From: Eubacteriales bacterium | GTDB taxonomy: Bacteria; Bacillota; Clostridia; Oscillospirales; SIG627 | Direction: 5' to 3' | Length of the DNA: 51,002 nt | Assembly (NCBI GenBank): GCA_045590615.1 | Contig: JAZNRH010000087.1 | Location: forward strand, 1-51,002 | Program-made: the position numbers and the translations under genes | The notes under the pieces: model-generated | Told to the model about the DNA's origin: nothing | Database searches by the model: none | What the model saw: only the letters and a program-made list of their open reading frames with translations | Part shown: positions 37,718-48,222 of the stretch, piece after piece | Position numbering within the stretch: the first letter of the stretch is position 1 | How the letters are laid out: each line of letters opens with the position of its first letter

Positions 37718-38623
37718 ATGAAATCAGTAAAATCATTCGCAGTAATTCTTATGGCATTACTTATGCTGACAGTAAACGTTCTTGCAAGCGATGTCCTCGT
37801 ACCTAACGAGGTTATCATGGGTACCGCCGACAACTACAAAATAATTGAGAAGGTGTATGTTCTTCCAAAAGGTAGTGATGAAAGCCTTATTCCCAAAGAA
37901 GCCTTTACAGAAAGTGATGTAGAGTATGTCTTTGAAGAAATGAAGGTTGTAGACAATTCTGAAGAAGATACTAAGGAATACGTGGAAAATATTAATTACC
38001 ATACCTCAACAAATGACGCAGAGGCGGTAATTGCACTTTTCTCACCTACTATCGAAGTATCAACCGAAGACGGTTACATCGGAGTTCTCGCATTCGATCA
38101 TTCTACCCTTGAGCTTACCCCTGCAGGATATTCCAGCCGTAAGTTCACGGTAACGGAAGAAAGAAGCTATCCCAACCTTGCATCAGCAGATACTTCTCTT
38201 GTACCCAAGACTATTGACAAGGATGGCACAACTCTTACTCTTGCCAATATCGAATGGGTAACGGCAGCAGATGAAACCATAAGCGGTACAGACGTTGCAA
38301 TAAGATACACTGCGAATGCGATCTACACGGGAACAGAAACAAAGACCTATGTAAACGGATATACCGCAAGTGCCGATTACAAAGGAACAGTTACGAAAGT
38401 CATAAACGATACCGTTACATATACAGCGGTATTTAAGGAAAACAAGGAGACAAACGAGCCTATGATTGACATAGACAAAACAAATGATAAAAAGGATACT
38501 TCTGCAGAAAAGAAAGCAAAGACTGCAGGTATAGTAGCAGGTTCAGTTGCAGGTGCGGCAGCACTTGGTGCAGGCGGATATGCTATTTACAGACTTATCC
38601 GTAAAAAGAGAAAGGGATACTAA
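37718..38623 (+). CDS. Exported protein with C-terminal membrane anchor
   Basis: Signal peptide ending VLA-S, Thr/Tyr-rich body, Lys-rich linker, transmembrane helix, basic tail RKKRKGY. Confidence 0.8.
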   Translation: MKSVKSFAVILMALLMLTVNVLASDVLVPNEVIMGTADNYKIIEKVYVLPKGSDESLIPKEAFTESDVEYVFEEMKVVDNSEEDTKEYVENINYHTSTNDAEAVIALFSPTIEVSTEDGYIGVLAFDHSTLELTPAGYSSRKFTVTEERSYPNLASADTSLVPKTIDKDGTTLTLANIEWVTAADETISGTDVAIRYTANAIYTGTETKTYVNGYTASADYKGTVTKVINDTVTYTAVFKENKETNEPMIDIDKTNDKKDTSAEKKAKTAGIVAGSVAGAAALGAGGYAIYRLIRKKRKGY

Positions 38624-38624
38624 G

Positions 38625-39479
38625 ATGAAAAAGATAGTTTTATTTCTCTCTCTCGGACTTGTGTGCGTGCTTGCAATCCCCGCATTTGCTGCGGATTACA
38701 CGGTAGCACCGCCAACTCAGGCACTGTTCGGCACACCAACATCAGTAGACGTTGTTACGGTTGGTAACAATATTAATCGAACAGCGGTTGATATAAGTAA
38801 GAACAGCGCCCTTATTCCTCCCGCTTTCGGAAGTCATACAAGTAACCTTCGCGGAAGTGGCGAACCACTCACTCCCAATCTTGCATCCTACTACACCGAA
38901 ACACCGCAGGCTCCCGTATCGGTTAGCGGCATTACAGGTCAGCCGATGGTGACGGTTACAAGTACAGTTCCGAATTCATCCGTAACAAACGGTAATGGCG
39001 TGACTATTATCCCGGGTAACATTGATACGGATATTTACGAGGATTACTACACCTACGATGCATTCACGGAAGTTGATGATGATATGTACTACACAGGTGG
39101 ATATATCGCAAAGTTGTCTATTCCCGACATTGACCTTTCTGTAAAGGTTTATGAGGGTACGACAAATTCGGTACTTTCCAAAGGTGTAGGACACTTCAAG
39201 GAAACTTCAATCTGGGACGGCAATGTGTGCCTTGCTTCTCATAACAGAGGTACGGGAGCATACTTCTCGGATATTCATGAGCTTGACCTTGGTGCTACTA
39301 TAAAACTCACGACAAAGCTTGGCACACGAAAGTATGAGGTGTATAGCATTGAAAAAATCTCAGTAGATGATACCTCAGACCTTCAGAACACAAGCGACAA
39401 CATCATCACCCTTATCACCTGCGTCAAGAACCAGTCGGACTACTACAGATGGTGCGTTAAGGCTGAACAGGTGGATTAA
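38625..39479 (+). CDS. Sortase (class D-like)
   Basis: LSIP, GVGH, LASHNRG (His), TLITCV (Cys), YYRWCV (Arg). The N-terminus ends in AFA-AD. Confidence 0.88.
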   Translation: MKKIVLFLSLGLVCVLAIPAFAADYTVAPPTQALFGTPTSVDVVTVGNNINRTAVDISKNSALIPPAFGSHTSNLRGSGEPLTPNLASYYTETPQAPVSVSGITGQPMVTVTSTVPNSSVTNGNGVTIIPGNIDTDIYEDYYTYDAFTEVDDDMYYTGGYIAKLSIPDIDLSVKVYEGTTNSVLSKGVGHFKETSIWDGNVCLASHNRGTGAYFSDIHELDLGATIKLTTKLGTRKYEVYSIEKISVDDTSDLQNTSDNIITLITCVKNQSDYYRWCVKAEQVD

Positions 39480-39530
39480 GAAGCAATCAGCGTCAAACAC
39501 AATTTTAACCAAACTAAAGGAGAAATCAAA

Positions 39531-40616
39531 ATGAGGAAGTACACATATTTCTTGTTAGGTTTACTCTGCGGTGCGGTATTTTTCAGCGGAACGGCAGTAA
39601 TGGCAAATTCCGGCGTTCTTGCACAGATAACATCACAAATATTTTTCTTAAACGGAGAACAAACGGAGCTTTTTGCATATAACATAAACGGCAATAACTA
39701 CGTGAAGCTTCGTGATGCAGCCGCCTTGTTTGGCGCTGATATCGAATATATCGAGGAAACGAACAGCGTACATATGGAGATTCCAAAGAAAGAGGAAATC
39801 CCCGAAGAAACACCTGTAGTAACTCCCGATATAGTCATTGACGGCACATCGTCTTCAAAAGAGGATTTTTCGGCAAATGCTAATCAAGGAATATTCAATG
39901 ACATCTACACAAAGGAAGCATACAACACTATGCGGCAGACGGTAGCAGATACAAAAGCAATCGTTGTCGGTGCAGATAAGGATGGATATAACCCGTCATA
40001 CAGCTATGCTCACTATGTAGATACTGAGTTCACTTTCACAACTCCCGGCAAGACCGATACTGCAATGAAATCGGTAGCGAATGTTCTTTCGGGATATTAC
40101 ACCTACAGCTTCGGTGCAGAACCCACTGTAAAGAATCTGTATGAGTACCCCGGTTACCGAATCCTAAAGGTACAGGTCAACCCCAAGTATGAAAGTGCGA
40201 ATAAGGCAACGGATGAGTTTGTCGGAAGTATAGCAACCCTTTCCGAAAAGGAAACGGTTAAAGCAATAGCGACATACATCGCTGACCGCATAGTTTACAA
40301 GGATGAAAATGTGGCAGGAATAAATGATGTGTTTACATCAGATACTCCCGTAAACGGCATCTGCGGAACTTATGCAAATGCTTTTATCTATCTCTGTCAA
40401 AGAGTCGATATTCCCTGCGTAACCATCAAGGATGCAACTCACGCTTGGAATGAAGTCTACATTGACGGCAGATGGCAGATAATCGACGTAAGCTATTATG
40501 ATGTAGCACGAACCGATGAATCACTCTTTACTACTAACTATCCAAGAATTGACACAACCAAAGAAAAAACGGAATTTGCCAAAGAACTGCTCGTACCCGG
40601 AAGTACGGCAGATTAA
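39531..40616 (+). CDS. Exported transglutaminase-like protein with an N-terminal copper-amine-oxidase-N-like domain
   Basis: Signal peptide; AYNINGNNYVKLRD; catalytic triad motifs GICGTYANAF, HAWNEV and IIDVS. Confidence 0.78.
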   Translation: MRKYTYFLLGLLCGAVFFSGTAVMANSGVLAQITSQIFFLNGEQTELFAYNINGNNYVKLRDAAALFGADIEYIEETNSVHMEIPKKEEIPEETPVVTPDIVIDGTSSSKEDFSANANQGIFNDIYTKEAYNTMRQTVADTKAIVVGADKDGYNPSYSYAHYVDTEFTFTTPGKTDTAMKSVANVLSGYYTYSFGAEPTVKNLYEYPGYRILKVQVNPKYESANKATDEFVGSIATLSEKETVKAIATYIADRIVYKDENVAGINDVFTSDTPVNGICGTYANAFIYLCQRVDIPCVTIKDATHAWNEVYIDGRWQIIDVSYYDVARTDESLFTTNYPRIDTTKEKTEFAKELLVPGSTAD

Positions 40617-40631
40617 CCTAATATAAACTTT

Positions 40632-40663
40632 AAGCAGACTGAAAAAAACGGTCTGCTTTTTTT
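40632..40663 (+). terminator. Intrinsic terminator or attenuator before the adhesin gene
   Basis: AAGCAGACTG-AAAAAAA-CGGTCTGCTT followed by a T-run. Confidence 0.7.
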
Positions 40664-40686
40664 ATTACAAGAAGGAGGACATAAAA

Positions 40687-43600
40687 ATGTCTACAGCAAA
40701 AAGTTCAGGCAAGCAGATAATCGCTCTGTTGCTTGCCCTTATTACTCTCCTCTCCGTCATTCCCATAATGCCCGTAAGTGCAGAAACATTAAGTGACGGA
40801 AAAGCACAGACAGTAACAATTAAGCTTAACGAAACCCACTATATCCTCGAAACTGTTGGCGGCACAAAGCTTCAGGGACAGTCGTGGACATATACAAGTG
40901 ATACAGGTATTCAGGGACCTGCATACTGTATCAACTGGGGACTTGCAAAACCCTCGGAAACAAAGAAGATAACCATTACGGGTAAATACACCACAACTCC
41001 TCAGACGATAGGTGCATTTGCCAACGGTTATCCTCAGAGAAGCCTTGAGGATTTTATCTCCATTAACAAGGTAGATAATCCTCTTATTGCAAATCTTACC
41101 CGTGAGGAGTACGTAGCAGCAACACAGGCGGCAGTATGGACTACTCTCGGTCAGCTCAGAATCGAAGGAACACAATGGGACAGCGGACGTGATACACTTC
41201 TCATTCCCACAGACGATCCTTCAGCAATAAGAGCATATGAAGCACTTAAAATTATCCTTTACAATGCATCCTTCTGGACTAAGCCCTTAAATGCAGGTAT
41301 GCATATACGACTTGGAAGAACCGAGGCAGGAAACGTTCTTAATATCGAAGACGCAAACGGTCTTATAGGTGCTGAACAGAACGGCATGTACGGCATTGAA
41401 AAGGAAACAATCGGTGGTGTTGAATACTACACACGCACCTTTGTTGCTTCTTCCGCAACCTCAACCTACAAGAATAACTACTCCATAAATCTTCACCTTG
41501 CAAACGCTCCCACAGGCACAATAGTTACAAATCTCGATAACGAACAGCTGGTATCCTGGACTGCTTCGGGTAAGACTTATTGGACAGTTCCCACTCCTGA
41601 AAACGAAGTAACAAACATGAATGAAAACGGAATGGAATATGCCGGTGATTTCAAGGTATGTATTCCCGTGAGAAATACACCTAAAAGCGGAAACATTACA
41701 TTCCAGGCAAACGCAACAATTACACAGTTCAACATATACTTTGCCAATAACCAGACAGACACAGAACAGAGCTTTATAATTGCAGACCCGATGTATGCTC
41801 CTATGTCCTGCACAGGTACAATGAAATGGGATACAGTTACATCTCCCTACGGCAGACTTGTTGTAAACAAGGTTGACGGTATGGGAAATCCCTTACAGGG
41901 TGCAATATTCAAGCTGACAGGCTCTAATGGCAAAACATACGAAGGAACAAGCGACAGCACAGGTCAGATTGTATGGGAATATCTTGATCCTACAATTACC
42001 TATACTCTTTCCGAAACACAGGCTCCCGCGGGATATATCAAGGCTGAAGATGTAACCGTCAACGTTCTTGCAGGAACTACAACAACTGTGAGCGTTAAGA
42101 ACCTCAGCGAAAGAATACTTCGCATACGCAAGGTTGATGCACAAAACGGGAATCCGCTTCTCGGTGCTTCTTTCAGAATCGAGCAGACAGACGGCAGTTA
42201 CAAGACCGACCTTTACACAGGTCATAACGGATGTATTGAGCTTCAGGGCGATGCACTTCCTTACGGTACATATAAGGCGTATGAGCTTAAAGCACCCGTA
42301 GGATACGAAAAGAGCAATGACGTACAGACTTTCAAATGGGATGGCAAGAGCGATATTACTCTCACCTTTGAAAATGTGAGAACTCCCTCGTTTGTACTCA
42401 TTAAGAAAGATAAGGACACAAATATACCTCTTGAAGATGTATCCTTCAAGGTTTACAGAGACGGCAGACTTGTAACAACGGTAACAACCAATTCCGCAGG
42501 TTATGCCTATGTGTCTGAACTTTCCGAAGGCTACTATGAGGTCGAAGAGGTTGCTGCACCTGCTGGATATATTCTTGATACAGAAAGACACGGAATATAT
42601 ATCAACCCTTACGATCCCGCAGTGGAAAACGATCCTATTCTTGTACTTACAAACTCAAAGAAGCCTACTCTCATAATTGAGAAGCTTGACACTCAGACCT
42701 TAAAGCCCATAAAGAATACAAGATTTGCAGTATACAAGGACACAAAGCTTATCGGCAACTACACCACCGATGCTGACGGACTTGTAGAGCTTACAAACCT
42801 TGATCCCGGCACATATACGGTCAAGGAAACAAGAACATCAAGCGGATATGTGCTTCAGGATGCACCGCAGTCTATTGAACTTGAGCCCGGCAAAACTGCA
42901 ACACTTACATTCTTCAATCCCACAAAGCCCGGCATCAGCATCAAGAAGATTGATGCTGACACAGGTGATGAACTCTATGGAGCAACCTTTAAGATTGAAG
43001 GCGTGAATGTAACCTATCTTAACGAGCTTACAACAGACAGAGACGGTGAAATCACACTTTCAGACCTTAATCCCGGTGTATATTCGGTTTCCGAAATATC
43101 AGCTCCCGAAGGTTATGTAAGAAATACCGAAGTAAAGGTCTTTGAAGCAACTGAAGACGGTAATGTTCAGCTTGTGTTTAAGAACTACAGAAAACCGTCA
43201 CTTAAAATAACTAAGGTTGACTCGGATAACGGTGATACCCTTTATGGTGCAGCCTTCCGTATAGCAAAGGTTGGCGACGCTACACGCTACTATGACAGAG
43301 TTACCGACAGAAACGGCGTTATTGAAATTGACGGTCTTGACGTTGGCATTTACACTGTACAGGAAATCTCTGCTCCCGAAGGCTATCAGCTTAATGATAC
43401 CCTTTATCATGTTGAGCTTTTCGAGGGCAAAGACAGCACACTTACTGTTGAAAACACCATAAAGCCAAGCCTTACAATCATAAAGCTTGACAGTAAGACA
43501 AACGAGCCACTTTCGGGTGCTGTATTTGAAGTGTACCGTGATGCAAGACTTGTTGGCACTTACACTACAAATATAAACGGCGAAATCAATCTTCGTGACC

Positions 43601-46600
43601 TTAAAACAGGCACATATCTTGTAAAGGAAGTAGCGGTTGATAACGAGCATATCGTAAACTCCACTCCCCAGCAGATAGAGATTGACGAAAACAGCGGTGA
43701 TACCGCAATGCTTGTTTTCCTCAATGATCAGAAGCCGTATATAAGACTTGTAAAGCTTGACAGCACAACTCTTGAACCCCTTTCCGATGTAGTCTTTGAA
43801 GTTAAGAAAACCGACGGCAGCTTCACAAAGGAATTTACAACAGACAGAAACGGCGAAATCTCACTCAGCGAGCTTGAAGTCGGAACATACGTTGTAAAAG
43901 AAACAAAGGCACCTGACGGATATATTGCAGATAATTCTTCAAGAACAGTTGAAGTAAAAGGCAACGAATCCGCAACCTTTGTCTTTACAAACACAGTAAA
44001 GCCAAGCATCAAGATAACAAAGATTGATAAGCACACTGGTGAAAAGCTTGAGGGTGCTGTAGTTCGTATTGTAAATCTTTCGGGTAACGATGTATGGGAG
44101 AAAACTACCGATAAAAACGGCGAAATACTCCTTTCCGAAATTGACGAAGGTGTATATACCGTTCAGGAAATCACTGCTCCCGAGGGCTATCTGTTAAACA
44201 GTGAGCTTTATCACCTTACAGCATCGGCAGGCAAAACAAACGAGCTTACAATCGAGAACTCAAGAAAGCCGAGCCTGACTGTCAAGAAGTATGACAGCCT
44301 TACAGGTGAATTTATGGCAGGTACTTCCTTTGAGGTGTACCTCGATACCACTCTCATCGGCACATATACAACAAACGAGAACGGTATCATTGAACTGTTT
44401 GACCTTAAAACAGGTACATACACAGTCAAGGAAATTGCCACAGACGATGACCATATCGTAAACTCCACACCTCAGTCCATTGAGGTTAAGGAAGACAGCC
44501 TTGACACAGCAGTTCTCGTGTTCCTTAACGACCAGAAGCCGTATATGCGTCTTGTGAAGCTCGACTCACAGACAATGAAGCCTCTTGTAAACGCTACATT
44601 CAAGTTCAAGCAGGTCGGCGGCACTTACGAAAAGGAATACACCACAGACCAGAACGGCGAGATAAAGCTTGACAGACTTGAAGAAGGTACATATACAGTT
44701 ACCGAGACAAAAGCACCTGAAGGATACCTCATTGACAATGCAGAACGCACAGTCAAGGTCGAGGGTAACGAATATGCAACATTTGTGTTCACCAATACAA
44801 AGAAGCCGTCAATAAGAGTTATTAAGTACGATAAGTACAATGACAAATACCTGTCGGGAGCAACATTCCGTATCGCAAAGATTGAAGACGGAAGCAATTA
44901 CCTTGACAGAATTACAGACATTGACGGTAATATCGTAATCGACAATCTTGAACCCGGCGTTTACTCGGTTAAGGAGATTAAAGCACCTACAAACTATGTA
45001 CTCAACGAAACAGAATACCACGTTGAACTATTTGCAGGTAAGGAATCTCAGGTAGTTGTTCTCAACGAAGAAAAGCCCAGCCTTAAGATAGTAAAGACCG
45101 ATGCAGAAACTGGCAAACCAATCGCAGGTGTTGGCTTCCTTGTAAGACTTGCGGATGGCAGTACCGAAAACACGGTAGTTACAGACCAAAACGGCGAATC
45201 ACTTCTTTCTCACCTTAACCCCGGTATTTACGAGGTTATTGAAAAGAGTGTTCCCAACGATTATCTGCTTGACTCTGAACCCAAGCTTGTAACTCTTGTT
45301 CCAAATAGAACATCGGTTATAAGATTTGAAAATTATCAGAAGCCATCCCTTACAGTAAACAAGATTGACAGCATTACAAAGGATCCCCTTAAAAATGCGA
45401 AGTTCAGCGTAGTTTACGCAAGCAATAATACCTTTACAGGTGAAGTAAACCATCTCGGCACATTTACCACCGATGAGAACGGACAGTTTAAGATGTATAA
45501 TCTCAACGACGGCTGGTATAAGATAACCGAAACTGCAGCTCCCGACGGATATGTGCTTTCAAACGAGGCACAGGAAATCTACATCAAGGGCGGCGAAGAT
45601 AAGGAAATCACCTTTGAGAACGTTCCGCTTTCAGGACTTGTTATCAAGAAGGTTGATGCCGATACAGGAAAGGTTCTTCAGGGAGCAAAGTTCCAAGTTA
45701 GATACCTCTCCGGAACAAGCGGCAGCGGCGGTACTGTTATCGGAGAGTATACAACTTCTGCAAACGGTACAATCGTTATCACAAGACTTGAAGCAGGTAC
45801 TTATGTAATCGAGGAAACAAAGGCTCCCGACGGTTATATAATAAGCGACGCTCCCGAAACTGTGTATATCACAGGCAAGGAACAGGATGTAATCACCGTT
45901 ACCTTTGAAAATGAAAAGGACGGCGGACTCATTATCCGTAAGCTTGACAGTATCACAAAACAGCCACTCTCCGGTGCAGAGTTTACAGTTACCACATCTG
46001 ACGGAAAATTTATCCCCACAGAAAACGGTGCAGTATCCTCTAACGGAATTTATACAACAGATGAATTGGGTCAGATACACATTACAAACATCGAAGCAGG
46101 CACAACGGTAGTTGTTACCGAAACCAAGGCTCCCGATGGATATGTAATCGACACTGTTTCAAAGACTGTTAAGATTGATGCAGATGATACGCAGACTCTT
46201 ACATTCTACAACAAGCCAAGCAGCGGACTTATCATTACAAAGCTTGATAAGGAAACCAAAGAACCTCTTTACGGAGCAGTATTTGAGATAACCGACAGCA
46301 CAGGTGCTGTTGTAGGAAATTCAAACGGCAGATATACAACAGATATTTACGGTAATATCAAAGTAAACGGACTTACTCCCGGAACTTATGTTATTACTGA
46401 AGTTGAAGCCCCTGCAGGATATGCTATCAGCGGTGAGCCTCAGACAATAAATGTAGTATCAGGTAAGATCCATAACCTCACATTCTACAACTCTCCCGAA
46501 GGCGGGCTTATTATTACAAAGCTTGATAAGGCTACAGGTGAGCCGCTTTACGGCGCTGTATTCAAGATTACAAACAGCGAAGGAACTGTTGTAGGTAACG

Positions 46601-48162
46601 CAAACGGCAGATATACCACAAACAGAAACGGTATTATTCACTTGACAGGTCTTGCTCCCGACACCTATGTTGTAACAGAGGTAACTGCTCCCGATGGATA
46701 CACTCTTGACGGTGCACCTCAGACAGTTAAGGTAAAGTCAGGACAGACACACGAGCTTACATTCCTTAATGAAGCTCTCGGCGGTATCAGAATTACAAAG
46801 CTTGACGAAGAAACAAGACAGCCTATCAAGGGTGTTAAGTTTGAAGTTGAGTACATGAACGGCAAGAGAATCGGTACATACACTACAAACGCAAGCGGTG
46901 TTATCAACATTGATGATCTTCCTAACGGTTGGTACACGATTGTTGAAACCAAAGCGGCAGACGATTACATTCTTGATGCAGAACCCCACGATGTTGAAGT
47001 AACAGACGGTGAAATTACCCGTGTTACCATTACAAACAGAAAGAACTCCTCCTTCCTCATTCATAAGGTGGATTCCACAACAGGTAAAGGTATAAGCGGT
47101 GTAACATTCCTTATCTCAGATCGCTACGGCAGACCTCTTGCACAGTACGTTTCCGATCAGAACGGATATGTATATACCGACAATAACGAATTTGAAGACG
47201 GTAAGTATTACATCCGTGAGATTGCAGTTCCTAACGGCTATGTGCTTGATAACGAGGTTAAGACCTTCTACGTTGAATACGGGCACACCTCATCTATCAC
47301 TTGGTACAACACTCCCATTCAGGCACAGATTCAGGTGGTAAAGAAATCTGCAGACGATAACCCCATTAACGGACTTCCCGCAGGCTCACTTCTTGAAGGT
47401 GCTGTATTTGAAATCTACGACAAGGCAGGAAATATCGTTGACACCATTAAGACAGACAAGAACGGCAGAGCTGCATCAAAGCCTCTTCCTCTCGGTCTTT
47501 ATACAATGCGTGAGACGGTAGCTCCTACTTATTACACACCCAATGGAACTCTTATGACAGCACACCTTGAGTTTAACGGTCAGATTATGACCTTCGAGGT
47601 GCTTAATAAGTCGGTATCTGTTGGTGTATCAGTAACTAAATACGGCTACAACGAAGTAATGCCCAATAACCCCATTGTTTACAGCTTCAAGAATATCGCA
47701 AACACTTCAAGCGTATCTCTTGACAGCTTCTACTTCCGTGATACACTTCCTTCGGCTATCCGTGCCGAAAAGATAGTGACAGGTACATTCAATCAGAATC
47801 TGTCCTACAAAATAGTGTATCTTACCAACCTTTCTAACGGTGAATACCGCACAATAAACGACAACCTTTCTACAAGCAAGAACTATGTAATTGATGTATC
47901 AAACATCGCTCTCGGTCTTGCGGATAACGAGTACATCACAGAAATTATGTATGTATTCGGAAGCGTCAGAGCAGGTTTTGCACAGGTTGAAACTCCTTAC
48001 CTTTATGCACGTTCCGTTAAGGGACTTGCAAATGGTTCCAGCTTTGTAAATACTGCTGATGTCGGCGGTGTATACAACGGTCAGTGGATAACAACCATTT
48101 CCCGTTTCGTTACAAAGGTTTACAGCTATACCTATATCGAAATGCCGAAAACCGGCTATTAA
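40687..48162 (+). CDS. Giant surface adhesin: thioester (TED/TQXA) domain plus about 21 CnaB/SpaA isopeptide repeats
   Basis: Signal peptide VSA-E; AYCI and TQAAVW thioester-domain motifs; repeated K-x-D...GA.F...T...G...L..G.Y...E..AP.GY...F.N units; ends in MPKTGY-stop. Confidence 0.92.
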   Translation: MSTAKSSGKQIIALLLALITLLSVIPIMPVSAETLSDGKAQTVTIKLNETHYILETVGGTKLQGQSWTYTSDTGIQGPAYCINWGLAKPSETKKITITGKYTTTPQTIGAFANGYPQRSLEDFISINKVDNPLIANLTREEYVAATQAAVWTTLGQLRIEGTQWDSGRDTLLIPTDDPSAIRAYEALKIILYNASFWTKPLNAGMHIRLGRTEAGNVLNIEDANGLIGAEQNGMYGIEKETIGGVEYYTRTFVASSATSTYKNNYSINLHLANAPTGTIVTNLDNEQLVSWTASGKTYWTVPTPENEVTNMNENGMEYAGDFKVCIPVRNTPKSGNITFQANATITQFNIYFANNQTDTEQSFIIADPMYAPMSCTGTMKWDTVTSPYGRLVVNKVDGMGNPLQGAIFKLTGSNGKTYEGTSDSTGQIVWEYLDPTITYTLSETQAPAGYIKAEDVTVNVLAGTTTTVSVKNLSERILRIRKVDAQNGNPLLGASFRIEQTDGSYKTDLYTGHNGCIELQGDALPYGTYKAYELKAPVGYEKSNDVQTFKWDGKSDITLTFENVRTPSFVLIKKDKDTNIPLEDVSFKVYRDGRLVTTVTTNSAGYAYVSELSEGYYEVEEVAAPAGYILDTERHGIYINPYDPAVENDPILVLTNSKKPTLIIEKLDTQTLKPIKNTRFAVYKDTKLIGNYTTDADGLVELTNLDPGTYTVKETRTSSGYVLQDAPQSIELEPGKTATLTFFNPTKPGISIKKIDADTGDELYGATFKIEGVNVTYLNELTTDRDGEITLSDLNPGVYSVSEISAPEGYVRNTEVKVFEATEDGNVQLVFKNYRKPSLKITKVDSDNGDTLYGAAFRIAKVGDATRYYDRVTDRNGVIEIDGLDVGIYTVQEISAPEGYQLNDTLYHVELFEGKDSTLTVENTIKPSLTIIKLDSKTNEPLSGAVFEVYRDARLVGTYTTNINGEINLRDLKTGTYLVKEVAVDNEHIVNSTPQQIEIDENSGDTAMLVFLNDQKPYIRLVKLDSTTLEPLSDVVFEVKKTDGSFTKEFTTDRNGEISLSELEVGTYVVKETKAPDGYIADNSSRTVEVKGNESATFVFTNTVKPSIKITKIDKHTGEKLEGAVVRIVNLSGNDVWEKTTDKNGEILLSEIDEGVYTVQEITAPEGYLLNSELYHLTASAGKTNELTIENSRKPSLTVKKYDSLTGEFMAGTSFEVYLDTTLIGTYTTNENGIIELFDLKTGTYTVKEIATDDDHIVNSTPQSIEVKEDSLDTAVLVFLNDQKPYMRLVKLDSQTMKPLVNATFKFKQVGGTYEKEYTTDQNGEIKLDRLEEGTYTVTETKAPEGYLIDNAERTVKVEGNEYATFVFTNTKKPSIRVIKYDKYNDKYLSGATFRIAKIEDGSNYLDRITDIDGNIVIDNLEPGVYSVKEIKAPTNYVLNETEYHVELFAGKESQVVVLNEEKPSLKIVKTDAETGKPIAGVGFLVRLADGSTENTVVTDQNGESLLSHLNPGIYEVIEKSVPNDYLLDSEPKLVTLVPNRTSVIRFENYQKPSLTVNKIDSITKDPLKNAKFSVVYASNNTFTGEVNHLGTFTTDENGQFKMYNLNDGWYKITETAAPDGYVLSNEAQEIYIKGGEDKEITFENVPLSGLVIKKVDADTGKVLQGAKFQVRYLSGTSGSGGTVIGEYTTSANGTIVITRLEAGTYVIEETKAPDGYIISDAPETVYITGKEQDVITVTFENEKDGGLIIRKLDSITKQPLSGAEFTVTTSDGKFIPTENGAVSSNGIYTTDELGQIHITNIEAGTTVVVTETKAPDGYVIDTVSKTVKIDADDTQTLTFYNKPSSGLIITKLDKETKEPLYGAVFEITDSTGAVVGNSNGRYTTDIYGNIKVNGLTPGTYVITEVEAPAGYAISGEPQTINVVSGKIHNLTFYNSPEGGLIITKLDKATGEPLYGAVFKITNSEGTVVGNANGRYTTNRNGIIHLTGLAPDTYVVTEVTAPDGYTLDGAPQTVKVKSGQTHELTFLNEALGGIRITKLDEETRQPIKGVKFEVEYMNGKRIGTYTTNASGVINIDDLPNGWYTIVETKAADDYILDAEPHDVEVTDGEITRVTITNRKNSSFLIHKVDSTTGKGISGVTFLISDRYGRPLAQYVSDQNGYVYTDNNEFEDGKYYIREIAVPNGYVLDNEVKTFYVEYGHTSSITWYNTPIQAQIQVVKKSADDNPINGLPAGSLLEGAVFEIYDKAGNIVDTIKTDKNGRAASKPLPLGLYTMRETVAPTYYTPNGTLMTAHLEFNGQIMTFEVLNKSVSVGVSVTKYGYNEVMPNNPIVYSFKNIANTSSVSLDSFYFRDTLPSAIRAEKIVTGTFNQNLSYKIVYLTNLSNGEYRTINDNLSTSKNYVIDVSNIALGLADNEYITEIMYVFGSVRAGFAQVETPYLYARSVKGLANGSSFVNTADVGGVYNGQWITTISRFVTKVYSYTYIEMPKTGY

Positions 48163-48174
48163 ACTCCATTTCCC

Positions 48175-48200
48175 GTGGGCTGTCGTAAAAGGCAGCCCAC
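48175..48200 (+). terminator. Stem-loop after the adhesin gene
   Basis: GTGGGCTGTC-GTAAAA-GGCAGCCCAC. No clear U-tract. Confidence 0.55.
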
Positions 48201-48222
48201 AACCATTTTAAGAAAGGATGCG

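Noticed and set aside
40789-47341. Many antisense and alternate-frame ORFs over the adhesin, and similar ones over pflB, glyQS and nrdD
   Set aside because: These are shadow ORFs caused by codon bias of the real genes; they have no recognisable motifs.
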